Positions 48,427 to 57,617 of a DNA stretch of 59,651 nt are shown here, one piece after another. A program made the position numbers and the translations under genes. Numbering within the stretch: position 1 is the stretch's first letter; the number at the start of each line of letters is the position of its first letter. The notes under the pieces were generated by a model. It searched no databases. It had not been told where the DNA came from and saw nothing but the letters and a program-made list of their open reading frames with translations. Source of the stretch: Alphaproteobacteria bacterium (GTDB lineage: Bacteria; Pseudomonadota; Alphaproteobacteria; Sphingomonadales; Kordiimonadaceae); assembly GCA_013372925.1 (NCBI GenBank), contig JABXIV010000061.1, positions 1 through 59,651 of the forward strand, written 5' to 3'.

Positions 48427-50058
48427 TTACCCAACCGTTGGTGCGCCGAAGATATCGAACGCTAATAGAGAAACAAAAACAATTAACAGCAGCAGGACGC
48501 CGCCCGCGAAAGAGAGTAGCTCGATACTTCTCTGCCTATTTTCTTCTTCAGACATAGATTTCGAAACATTCCCCAGAATTGGAAGGTCGAAATGAGCCTT
48601 CAGTTGATCCACTGTGATCACAACCGGCCGCAATTGCGACAAAACAAGCGCAACAGAGAGACCCGCGATTAGTGCACCAACAAAGCCGCCGGCAAAGAAG
48701 AGAAGCCTCGGCGGACCACTGGGGCGCTGCGGTGTGACAGGTTCTTCAACGACACGGAGCGACATCGCTTCATCCGTTGCCTCTACATCCGCTTTCAGGT
48801 CAAAGTCCTGTTTCTGTTGTACAAATTCATTATATTGTTGCCTCGTGGACAGATAGTCCCGCTTTAGAGCGCTTTCCTGCGCTTCAATTTCAGGCACCCT
48901 TTTCGCCTTGTCTTCCATTTCTGTAACAAGTTTGCGCTGATCACTTTCCCGTTGTTTGAGTGTTTCAAGCTCAGTTCGGGTTTGAATGATCTGCAGCATT
49001 AGCTGCTCATAAAGGCGGTTCGGCGTCTCAGTCGTAAGGTTTGATGTCTTGCCTGCCTCGGCTGATCCCTGCAACTCAGCCGCCAAGGCGTCCTGTTTAT
49101 CCTGAAGTTCGCTCTTCAGACTTTCGATTTGCCGTGTCACATTTACGACATCTGGATGGCGATCCTTCAACCCCAACACCTTGAGTTGATCATATTTTTT
49201 CTCAAGTTCTGAAATGCGTTCTTCAAGCGGATCTTGATCGCCATTTCTAGTACCAGAGCGACTGGATCTCGCTTCTCTGATAGTAGCAGGGACATTCTGA
49301 ATTTGTTGCTGCAACGTATCCAGCGTTACTTGCGCCTCTGCAATCAGGTTACTTGTCTTGCGGCGCTCCGCTTTCGCTGTATCAAGCCTTTGTACAAAGC
49401 TTCCTGCTGCTCCAAGGAACTCAATATTGTCCTGCTGGAACTTCGCAACGGCAGTCTCCGCGTCAGACAGCTTCCTCGCGTATTCTTCGATTTTCTGATC
49501 TATGAATTCGCGGGCATTGTCTGATTTCTGGCGACCATCCTCGCCATTTCGTTCAATAAAGAAGGCCAGCAAACTGGAAACAACACGCTTAGCTACTTCT
49601 GCGCGCTGCCGATCGCTTAACCGATCATCGTCAATCTCATACTGGATGCGGAACATGCCCTCATCCAGCGAAAAAATGCGAATATCACGAGTCAATTGGC
49701 CAACAAGCGCGTCGATGTCGTTATTTGAGCGCGCGATTTGATCCAGATAATCTGTGCGCTGGATGATCTTTTCCAGGTTAGCCCTCGTCACGACAGTGCG
49801 CCGCACGATTTCAACCTTACGCATAAGGTCTACATTCACGCCCATGCGGCGCGCCATGCTTGGCAAATAGGTTTCTGTATCAACGAAGATTTGCGCTGTT
49901 GCTTCGTATTTGTATGGCATTGTCGCCACAAGAGCCCAGCTTAACAGGCTTACAACCCATGTGGTTGCAAGCATATACCAACGCTTTCGCCAAATGCCAT
50001 AAGCAATAGCCTTAAATTGTTGATATAACTCATGTAAACCGGACTGTGGCACAGCCAT
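48427..50058 (-). CDS. Polysaccharide chain-length determinant/co-polymerase, XrtA-associated
   Basis: N-terminal TM, long coiled coil, HPDV, P..PSGPPR and C-terminal TMs. Confidence 0.9.
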   Translation of the reverse strand: MAVPQSGLHELYQQFKAIAYGIWRKRWYMLATTWVVSLLSWALVATMPYKYEATAQIFVDTETYLPSMARRMGVNVDLMRKVEIVRRTVVTRANLEKIIQRTDYLDQIARSNNDIDALVGQLTRDIRIFSLDEGMFRIQYEIDDDRLSDRQRAEVAKRVVSSLLAFFIERNGEDGRQKSDNAREFIDQKIEEYARKLSDAETAVAKFQQDNIEFLGAAGSFVQRLDTAKAERRKTSNLIAEAQVTLDTLQQQIQNVPATIREARSSRSGTRNGDQDPLEERISELEKKYDQLKVLGLKDRHPDVVNVTRQIESLKSELQDKQDALAAELQGSAEAGKTSNLTTETPNRLYEQLMLQIIQTRTELETLKQRESDQRKLVTEMEDKAKRVPEIEAQESALKRDYLSTRQQYNEFVQQKQDFDLKADVEATDEAMSLRVVEEPVTPQRPSGPPRLLFFAGGFVGALIAGLSVALVLSQLRPVVITVDQLKAHFDLPILGNVSKSMSEEENRQRSIELLSFAGGVLLLLIVFVSLLAFDIFGAPTVG

Positions 50059-50106
50059 ATATTATACTCCTACACTAGCATCCTGCCAGAAACTTCAAAC
50101 ATTATA

Positions 50107-50745
50107 CTACAGAATGCTCTCTGGGATAATCAGTACATCCCCCGGCAAAATTTTAACGTTCGCCTCAATCTCCCCGTCCTTCAAAAGGGATTCAATTTTG
50201 AGGCCATATTCTTTTTGTTCACCATCCTCAAAACGGACCAAAGTCGCTCGGTCTCCGGCAGCGAATTCCGTCAAGCCACCAACCTGGATCATGACATCCA
50301 ATAGCGTCATGTTCGCGCGGTAAGGAATGGCCTGCGGACTTGCTGCCTCACCCACCACACGAACCTGCTGTGAAAAAGGTCCAAAGAAATTCTGTACAAC
50401 GACGGTGACGATTGGCTGAGTAATGTATACGCCCAGTTGTTCTTCAATATCACGAGCCAACGCACTTGGCGTTTTACCCGTCGCAGGAAGATCTTCCACG
50501 AGAGGCATAGAGAGGCGGCCATCCGGGCGTACGGTAACCAAAACAGAAAGCTCTGGATTACGCCAGACATGAATACTGAGCCCATCTCCTGGTCCAATTA
50601 GATAGTTGGGCCCAGGCCCCTCGCCTGGCGACACGAAGGGGGCTGGTGGCAGCTTGCCCTTCCCGTATCCAGAGCATGCCGCTAGTAAAAGCATAGTCAC
50701 AGCCATCAGGAGAAGTTGCAGTATCGTCTTAGAAAATTGCGCCAC
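50107..50745 (-). CDS. Polysaccharide export lipoprotein (Wza-like), XrtA-associated
   Basis: Lipobox LAAC, then YLIGPGD, VRPDG and GGLTEFA motifs. Confidence 0.92.
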   Translation of the reverse strand: MAQFSKTILQLLLMAVTMLLLAACSGYGKGKLPPAPFVSPGEGPGPNYLIGPGDGLSIHVWRNPELSVLVTVRPDGRLSMPLVEDLPATGKTPSALARDIEEQLGVYITQPIVTVVVQNFFGPFSQQVRVVGEAASPQAIPYRANMTLLDVMIQVGGLTEFAAGDRATLVRFEDGEQKEYGLKIESLLKDGEIEANVKILPGDVLIIPESIL

Positions 50746-50866
50746 AGATTTCTCTTTCCAAAGTCACAAAAACAGGCAGAAAAAGTGCTAATTTCTGCCA
50801 ATATGCCAAGTTGCAAAAAAATAAATCAAGCGTTTAATTAAAGACTTAGCTTAATTTTAGCTAAAT

Positions 50867-51016
50867 TTATTTTTCTTTCACATCACCTTTTTTAGGCAAC
50901 CTGAATTTACCGTCTCGCTGTTGCCCCATAAAATCTGCAAAGTCATCATTTACCAAAGCCCAAAAAATCAGATAGGCAACGAACAAACAAAAACCAACAA
51001 AATATAATGTTTCCAT
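50867..51016 (-). CDS. Small single-TM membrane protein (49 aa)
   Basis: METLYFVGFCLFVAYLIFWALVNDD... starts 7 nt after the galE stop and has a charged tail. Confidence 0.6.
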   Translation of the reverse strand: METLYFVGFCLFVAYLIFWALVNDDFADFMGQQRDGKFRLPKKGDVKEK

Positions 51017-51023
51017 ATAGTTA

Positions 51024-52022
51024 CTACCTATTCTGCTCGACCCGGTATCGCTGCCATGCCAACGAAGATCCGATAATTTCATTCAGGCTATCATGTTTTG
51101 GCTCCCAATTCAGCGTATTATGTAATCTTGACACATTCGCTATAACCGAAGCTGCCTCACCTTCCCGGGGTGACCCAAAAGCATGTGGCACATCGCGCTC
51201 TGCCTCGTTCTCCAGCGCTCTCAGCACCTCGAGGACACTATATCCACGGCCATAACCCAAATTAATCAACTGGCTGTCACCACCTTCCAACAAGTACGCC
51301 AACAGAACAACATGAGCCTCTGCCACATCCGCTACGTGAATATAGTCTCGAACACCGGTTCCATCAGGCGTGTCAAGGTCGTCGCCGAAAACCGTCAATG
51401 GCGGTGCCGTGCCAAGCATAGCGTCAATAGAGCGACCGATAAGGTGGACTGGTTTCTCCAAATATTGCCCGTGCCGCATGTCAGGGTCTGCGCCAGCAAC
51501 ATTAAAATACCTGAAAATGCCATAGCGAAGCGAAGCAACGCCCCCCACATCCTGAAGCAATTTCTCAGTGAATAGCTTGGACCATCCATAAGGATTCAAA
51601 GGAATTGCACCATCCTCTTCTCTAACTGGCCGATCGGGTGTTTTTCCATACACAGCTGCCGTTGAAGAAAAGATGAATTTTTCGACACCACATCGCACGG
51701 CTGACTCGATCAACAGCCTGCTGCCTTCCGTGTTATTCTCATAATACTTCAAGGGATTTGAGACAGACTCATCCACTTTAATTGAACCCGCAAAATGCAA
51801 TATAGCCTGTACCTGATGATCCTTGAGGATTGCCTCCACCAATGCTTGGTTATGAACCCGTCCCTCGAAAAAACTCGTTTGATCATGAAAAGGCAAATAA
51901 CGACCGGTCGATAAATCATCCAATACGCAAACCCGGAAGCCACGATCAAGCAATGAAAGGACTGTCTGCCCTCCAATGTAGCCAGCCCCCCCTGTAACAA
52001 GTATGGATTGCCGCTTTGGCAT
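51024..52022 (-). CDS. galE: UDP-glucose 4-epimerase
   Basis: TGGAGYIG, HFA, FSSTAAVYG, PYGWSK, RYFNVAGA and DGTGVRDYIHV motifs. Confidence 0.93.
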   Translation of the reverse strand: MPKRQSILVTGGAGYIGGQTVLSLLDRGFRVCVLDDLSTGRYLPFHDQTSFFEGRVHNQALVEAILKDHQVQAILHFAGSIKVDESVSNPLKYYENNTEGSRLLIESAVRCGVEKFIFSSTAAVYGKTPDRPVREEDGAIPLNPYGWSKLFTEKLLQDVGGVASLRYGIFRYFNVAGADPDMRHGQYLEKPVHLIGRSIDAMLGTAPPLTVFGDDLDTPDGTGVRDYIHVADVAEAHVVLLAYLLEGGDSQLINLGYGRGYSVLEVLRALENEAERDVPHAFGSPREGEAASVIANVSRLHNTLNWEPKHDSLNEIIGSSLAWQRYRVEQNR

Positions 52023-52025
52023 TAC

Positions 52026-53213
52026 TTATCCTAATTCCTCGCTAGAGTTTGATATTACGTGCTCGAAAATTCTTTGCTGCCCGAGCGAAATTCCCCCCCA
52101 ACCGAACTGCAATGCAAAGCGCCGTACATCTTGTCTATTGGGTATATGCATCGCTAGATCTTGAATAGCTTCAGCATAGGCATCTCCTGTCTGTCCATGA
52201 ACCAATCGCCCTGCTACAGAATCCGTAATCAGGTCCAGCGCCCCTGCCACTGCATTGGACACGACCGGCGTCCCGCAAGCCATGGCCTCCAGCAAAACAT
52301 TGGCCCACCCTTCTCGCTCCGAAGGCAGCACTAGAATATCGTTGCGGCCATATATTTGGGGCATACGTTCCGGTGCCTGTCGACCGAGAAAGGCCACTTT
52401 GTCGGCAATACCTAGTGCCACGGCCTGTGCTTTCAATGCCGCCTGCTCCGGCCCATCTCCCACAATTTCAACCTTTACATTCTTCAGCTTGACTACCGCA
52501 TCCAACAAAAGATCAACACGCTTTCTGGGGATAAGCCAGCCGGCGTATAGGATCTTTACAAATTTCTCATTAGACGGTTTCGCCGAAATCTTGGTCTCAG
52601 TTGGCAAACAAAAGCGGTCGCCATCTATACCATTTCTCAATGTCGTTATCGGGCACTCCGAACCGTATGTTTTCAACTCATCACGCAAAGAGTTGCTAAC
52701 AGTAATTGCATGGGCGCAGCGGCTTAGCGCCCATGCAATGGCACGCCGATAGAATGGCTTTCGGCCAATTTCCGTCACGTCACTACCACGTGCCGTCATC
52801 ACAAAAGGCTTTTTGAAATCCTGGGCCACCCTCGCAACAGCAACACCGTCCGGATAGAGATAGTGGGCATCAAAAAGATCCGCTTCATACCCCTTAGCCT
52901 GTATCCGACGAATTGTGCGTTTGAGCGTCAAAGCCAAAAAAAAGGGCGTTAGTGGGGCTCCAACTTTTGGTAGAATCAGAAACCTCGGATGATAGACCTC
53001 AATACCATTCAAAATTTCATATTTTGGCGTTCGCGCAAACAAGCTGTAGCGACCAAAACGCTGGCTCTGAAAAGGGAACCACGGCACAGGCGCGATGACC
53101 TTCGCGGTGATACCTGTATCTCCAATCAAATGTCTCAACCTGTTCTCAACAAAGACGCCGAAGCTCGGCTGGACTGAGCTAGGGTACAAGCTTGATATAG
53201 TGAGTATTTTCAA
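52026..53213 (-). CDS. GT4 glycosyltransferase (TuaC-like)
   Basis: DAHYLYPDG, TARGSD and S.REGWANVLLEAMACGTP motifs. Confidence 0.9.
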   Translation of the reverse strand: MKILTISSLYPSSVQPSFGVFVENRLRHLIGDTGITAKVIAPVPWFPFQSQRFGRYSLFARTPKYEILNGIEVYHPRFLILPKVGAPLTPFFLALTLKRTIRRIQAKGYEADLFDAHYLYPDGVAVARVAQDFKKPFVMTARGSDVTEIGRKPFYRRAIAWALSRCAHAITVSNSLRDELKTYGSECPITTLRNGIDGDRFCLPTETKISAKPSNEKFVKILYAGWLIPRKRVDLLLDAVVKLKNVKVEIVGDGPEQAALKAQAVALGIADKVAFLGRQAPERMPQIYGRNDILVLPSEREGWANVLLEAMACGTPVVSNAVAGALDLITDSVAGRLVHGQTGDAYAEAIQDLAMHIPNRQDVRRFALQFGWGGISLGQQRIFEHVISNSSEELG

Positions 53214-53236
53214 AATATTGGGCCAGAATTTAAGTG

Positions 53237-56074
53237 TTAATCAATAGCAGAAAGTTGACGCTTCGCATCAGATGCTTCACTGAAATCCGGATCCAGCCTT
53301 AACGCTTGTTCAAATGCAGCCTTCGCATCTTCTCTACGTCCCTTAGCAAGATATGCCATACCTAAATGATAGCGATAAAGTGCAATGGCAGGAGCCCGTC
53401 TAATAGCCTTTTCAAGCGCAGGAATGGAATTACTGGTGTCGCGGTTTGCCTGCAGAAGGATCCAGCCATAGGCATCAAGAATAAAGGGATCTTCTGGACG
53501 AATAAGGTATGCTCGCTCGATAAGGGGCACACTTTTGCGGTTACCGACCTCCAGATACCCCTTTGCTAGCAAAGCCGCGACTTCTGCGTCTGCCACCCCG
53601 GTCTTAAGAATTGCTTCATATTGCCGAATAGCAGCCTCAACGCGGCCCTCTGAAGAATACTTCCCTCCCAAGATCAACCTACCCCCCCGGTGAGTGGGGT
53701 TATCTGCCACAAATTCTTCCAAGGTCAACAAAGCCTGCTGGCGTTGCCCCAGCACTTCCTGAGCCCTAGCCAAACCAATATAAAGATAGCCGCTCTTTTC
53801 TTCTTTCATTGCCTGGCGATAAGCTTCCACGGCGGCCGAAGCGCGGCCCGCCGCAAGCAACAAGTCCCCCACAATACTAGGGCGAACATCTTCTGGCCGC
53901 TTCGCTGCAATCAAATCTTCCCGGTATAGAAGGGCCGTATCAAACCGCTCTGCCAATGCATCCGCGGCAAATAAATACCAAGCAAGCGTTGCAGGATCTG
54001 GCTTATCCTTAGCTGCCGCCTGGGCGCGCTGAAATGCCGTTTTGGCCCCGGTATAAAGCCCTACCGCCAACATTCCCCTACCCTGAAGAAGGTGAGCTTC
54101 TCCGCTATCCGGATTAAAAGCGACATACCTCGACAATGACCGCACAGCAAGACGGGCTTCGCCAATATCCAGCAATAACAACCCCATACGCTTCAGCAAA
54201 TCCGGCCTATCTGCGGCCATTACGGCTGTATCTTTCGCCTGCGTGATGGCTTCAGCGGTATTGCCAGCTTTGGCTAATGCCTCAGAATAATCTGCCCAAA
54301 CATCTACAGAATTCGGTATCGCCCTTACGGCAGCATTGAAATAATCAACCGCTTCATCGGCCTTACCCAGTCTGAGCAGAACCCGCCCAAGCATAGCTTT
54401 TGCCCGCGCATCATTAGGGCTTAGCTCAAGTAATTTCTTCAATACGTCTTCGACTTCATCCCATTCCTGAAGCTGCATCTGTGCAAGCGCCTGGTTCCGC
54501 AGAGCTGTATAATATTCAGGATTTCTTGAAAACGCTGCAGCATAAGATTGCTTGGCCAATTGATATTGGCCCTTTTTAAACTCCAATGCACCCTTCATAT
54601 TGTACCCCAAGGCCCTGTCAGGCGCGGTACGTAGCATCTTTATGATCGTCTCTTCCGCACCGGGAAGATCATTTTCACGTAGCTGCATTCCTGCCAGAAT
54701 CGCCAGACTGCGAAGGTTAGCTGAAGTATTGGCGACGGCATTTGCCAAAGTCGAAAGGGCTTCTTCTTTGTGACCAGAAACAAATTTGGCCAAAGCGAGC
54801 TTTGCCATCATATCAATGTCATTCGGCGCCGCATCTTTCCCAGTCAACTCTGCAAGACGCTGATAAAGAGCATCACCTTGTGCTGTATCCCCCATGCGCA
54901 TTGCAGCCGTTGCAGCAATTGCAATTAAATTGGCGTCGTCCGGGCGCGCAGAAATGGCAGGCCGCAATAGATTCAGTGCAGCCTGAGGTCGTCCCTGTTT
55001 CACGTATGAGGATGCAAGTGCCATTCTTGCAGGCAGATTGGCCGGACGAGCCTGAAGAACTTTTTCCAACAACCCCTCGGCGACAGAAAATTCACCTAAT
55101 TGGTAGGCAACGAGGCCGCGAATATATACAGCAGGAAGATAGTTCTCTGTGACCACCCGGGCTGCATTCAGAAGGGCATTAGCTTCATCATACTGGCCTC
55201 TTCCAGCCAAGATAGTTCCCGAAAGATACATGGCCATGGGGTGTTTGGGCGCAAGCTCATAGACCAAGTCAAGGTAGGACTGCGCTTCCTCCAATCGGTT
55301 TTGATCAATGCGAATTGCGGCAAGCTCAATATTTGCCAAAATATTCTCTGGAAATAGTTTCTGAGCTTCTAGAAAATACCGCTCGGCGGCCTCTCCATTG
55401 CCCTGATAACGGGCAATCAGGCCCTCAGTGTAGCGCACCATCGTATTATTTGGTGCCATTTCCGCAGCTTTCGCTGCATACTTTGCTGCATCCTCAAGAT
55501 GTTCACTTTGAAGCCCCAGCCGTGCGAGACCCAGGTATGCCTGAAAGTTTTTCTCGTCTGCCGCACGCCCAAGTTCGTAGTTTCTACGTGCTTCGACATA
55601 TTTTCTCATCGCAAAATTGGCATCACCCGCGATAACATAGGCTTCTGCACGCGAGCCTGCAGGAATGTTTACTCCTCGTAATGCTCCTATTGCTTCAGCA
55701 AATTTTCCTTGCAGCAATTGCGCTTTCGCAAATGGAACAGCTGTTTGCGCATAGTCAGCGCCCATTCTACGAGCCCTATCCACCGCCGCCTCTGCCGCAA
55801 TACCGGCTCCTGTCTGAATATAAATTCTTGCCAGCAAGAGGAAGGTTTCGCTATCTGCCTGTCCCTCTGCATGTATGGCTTCAATCTCTTTAATGGCCCG
55901 CTCAAATTGCCGCCCCTCTATATAAGAGACAGCCATTTCCTTGTTCGCAAATGCAACAACAGGGCTGGCATAAAGCGCTAAACTCAGAGCCACTGCACTA
56001 CTCAAAGTCAGGAAATACCTTTGGTTAAATTTCCTGAAGAAGTCCTGCAGTGTCAGTTTCGCCTGAAGTTCCAT
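53237..56074 (-). CDS. Large TPR-repeat protein, PrsT-like
   Basis: 945 aa of TPR repeats with C-terminal ILDAYGWIL...YHLGMAY...G. Signal peptide present and located in the XrtA locus. Confidence 0.82.
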   Translation of the reverse strand: MELQAKLTLQDFFRKFNQRYFLTLSSAVALSLALYASPVVAFANKEMAVSYIEGRQFERAIKEIEAIHAEGQADSETFLLLARIYIQTGAGIAAEAAVDRARRMGADYAQTAVPFAKAQLLQGKFAEAIGALRGVNIPAGSRAEAYVIAGDANFAMRKYVEARRNYELGRAADEKNFQAYLGLARLGLQSEHLEDAAKYAAKAAEMAPNNTMVRYTEGLIARYQGNGEAAERYFLEAQKLFPENILANIELAAIRIDQNRLEEAQSYLDLVYELAPKHPMAMYLSGTILAGRGQYDEANALLNAARVVTENYLPAVYIRGLVAYQLGEFSVAEGLLEKVLQARPANLPARMALASSYVKQGRPQAALNLLRPAISARPDDANLIAIAATAAMRMGDTAQGDALYQRLAELTGKDAAPNDIDMMAKLALAKFVSGHKEEALSTLANAVANTSANLRSLAILAGMQLRENDLPGAEETIIKMLRTAPDRALGYNMKGALEFKKGQYQLAKQSYAAAFSRNPEYYTALRNQALAQMQLQEWDEVEDVLKKLLELSPNDARAKAMLGRVLLRLGKADEAVDYFNAAVRAIPNSVDVWADYSEALAKAGNTAEAITQAKDTAVMAADRPDLLKRMGLLLLDIGEARLAVRSLSRYVAFNPDSGEAHLLQGRGMLAVGLYTGAKTAFQRAQAAAKDKPDPATLAWYLFAADALAERFDTALLYREDLIAAKRPEDVRPSIVGDLLLAAGRASAAVEAYRQAMKEEKSGYLYIGLARAQEVLGQRQQALLTLEEFVADNPTHRGGRLILGGKYSSEGRVEAAIRQYEAILKTGVADAEVAALLAKGYLEVGNRKSVPLIERAYLIRPEDPFILDAYGWILLQANRDTSNSIPALEKAIRRAPAIALYRYHLGMAYLAKGRREDAKAAFEQALRLDPDFSEASDAKRQLSAID

Positions 56075-57468
56075 TATCGTACCCCTGATGGAAATAGAAT
56101 AACCCGCGCAGTTTGAAGCATAATCAGCAAATCCAGAAACAAGGAATAGTTCTTTATATAATAGAGATCATATTCAAGTTTTCTTCTGGCATCTTCCACA
56201 GAAGCTCCATAAGGATAGCGAATTTGCGCCCACCCGGTCATTCCAGGCTTCACACAATGACGCTCTCTGTAGAAGGCAATATCTTTATTCAATGTCTCGA
56301 CGAAAAAGGGGCGTTCCGGTCTTGGGCCAACAAAACTCATATCTCCCCAGAAAACATTCCAGAGCTGTGGAAGTTCATCAATTCTTGTGCGCCTGATAAA
56401 AGCACCCACCTTGGTGATACGTGGATCTTTTTCTTCTGCCCATTTGGGGCCATCACCTTGTTCTGCATCCACCTTCATGCTGCGAAATTTGACCAGACGG
56501 AATATTTTACCGTTCAAGCCAACACGATCTTGTAGGTAAAAAACGGGACCACGGCTGGTAATTTTTATCAAAATAGCAGAAACAAACATAATCGGGCTAA
56601 CCAAGGCACCAAAAAACAAACTAATACAAAGATCCATCAACCGCTTCGTGGCCTGCTCAAGCCCAGTCGCCCCCCTGAAACCATCGGAGAAGATAATCCA
56701 TTCCGCCTTTACCGACGCGATATCGACATATCCGCGTATTTCTTCATAACAGGCCAATCGGTCCTTGATAGTTACGCCTGCTAACTTACAGGCAATAAGG
56801 GCTTCCAAGGGAAGTTGCTCCTCTGTTGCATCTCCAGTCACAATAATCATCTCGATGTGATTTTCTGATACAAATCGAGTTAGCGAACCAATGTCTTGAA
56901 ATTTCACTGCCCCCTCAACCACAGCGTCCTCATTGGGAAGCGCCACGACCGATACAATATTCAGCCCCGAGCCAGTGGATTGGCGCGTATAGTCCATCAA
57001 GCTTCTTGCGGTCTTCCCTGCTCCCAACAACAACACTCGCTGTGCAAAAAAAACACCACTTCCAAGCTTCATGAAAACACCATGCGAAGCCAACAAGGTA
57101 GTGCTTATAAGAATCAAATCCAGAAGAAGAATAGAGCGCCATAAGGGCAGGATAGGAAATAAAAACAATACAGCAGACAACACCAAAGCAGCGCCCAAAA
57201 GCCCTGTTGCCATCCGTATCCAAAAAACTTTGAAATCTGAAAGAGAGTCAGCCTGATAGGCCCCTACTCCAATAAGGATTGGTAAGCATATCATTGGTAC
57301 AATGAGCTTGGCGATCCAGCCGGCCACATCTTGCAAGGGCACAGCAGTATCTAAAAAAGAATAACGTAGAATTTCCGCCAATATAGTGCATATCAAAATA
57401 AGCACGAAGTCAGCAGTTGCTAACCCCAGCTTTATTGGCGACACATAATGACGGAAAACACGAACCAT
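56074..57468 (-). CDS. Priming phosphoglycosyltransferase, XrtA-associated (TIGR03013-like)
   Basis: MVRVFRHY, KFRSM, DPRIT, RIDELPQ, GPRPER, KPG.TGWAQ and YDLYYIKN motifs. Confidence 0.92.
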   Translation of the reverse strand: MVRVFRHYVSPIKLGLATADFVLILICTILAEILRYSFLDTAVPLQDVAGWIAKLIVPMICLPILIGVGAYQADSLSDFKVFWIRMATGLLGAALVLSAVLFLFPILPLWRSILLLDLILISTTLLASHGVFMKLGSGVFFAQRVLLLGAGKTARSLMDYTRQSTGSGLNIVSVVALPNEDAVVEGAVKFQDIGSLTRFVSENHIEMIIVTGDATEEQLPLEALIACKLAGVTIKDRLACYEEIRGYVDIASVKAEWIIFSDGFRGATGLEQATKRLMDLCISLFFGALVSPIMFVSAILIKITSRGPVFYLQDRVGLNGKIFRLVKFRSMKVDAEQGDGPKWAEEKDPRITKVGAFIRRTRIDELPQLWNVFWGDMSFVGPRPERPFFVETLNKDIAFYRERHCVKPGMTGWAQIRYPYGASVEDARRKLEYDLYYIKNYSLFLDLLIMLQTARVILFPSGVR

Positions 57469-57617
57469 ACAGTTCTACCTCAATGCCCACACGCCCCCAC
57501 GCAATAGAACCCTAGGACTTCCAACCGAAATCTTCAAGTTATTGTTCTTTATAATAAACTTCTATCAACAACCGTTCAGGTGCCGCCATACTAGCCTTAA
57601 GCAAACCAGTCGTATAT

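Noticed and set aside
50786-50800. Possible sigma54 promoter upstream of the wza-like gene
   Set aside because: The GG-to-GC spacing is 9 nt rather than the required 10.
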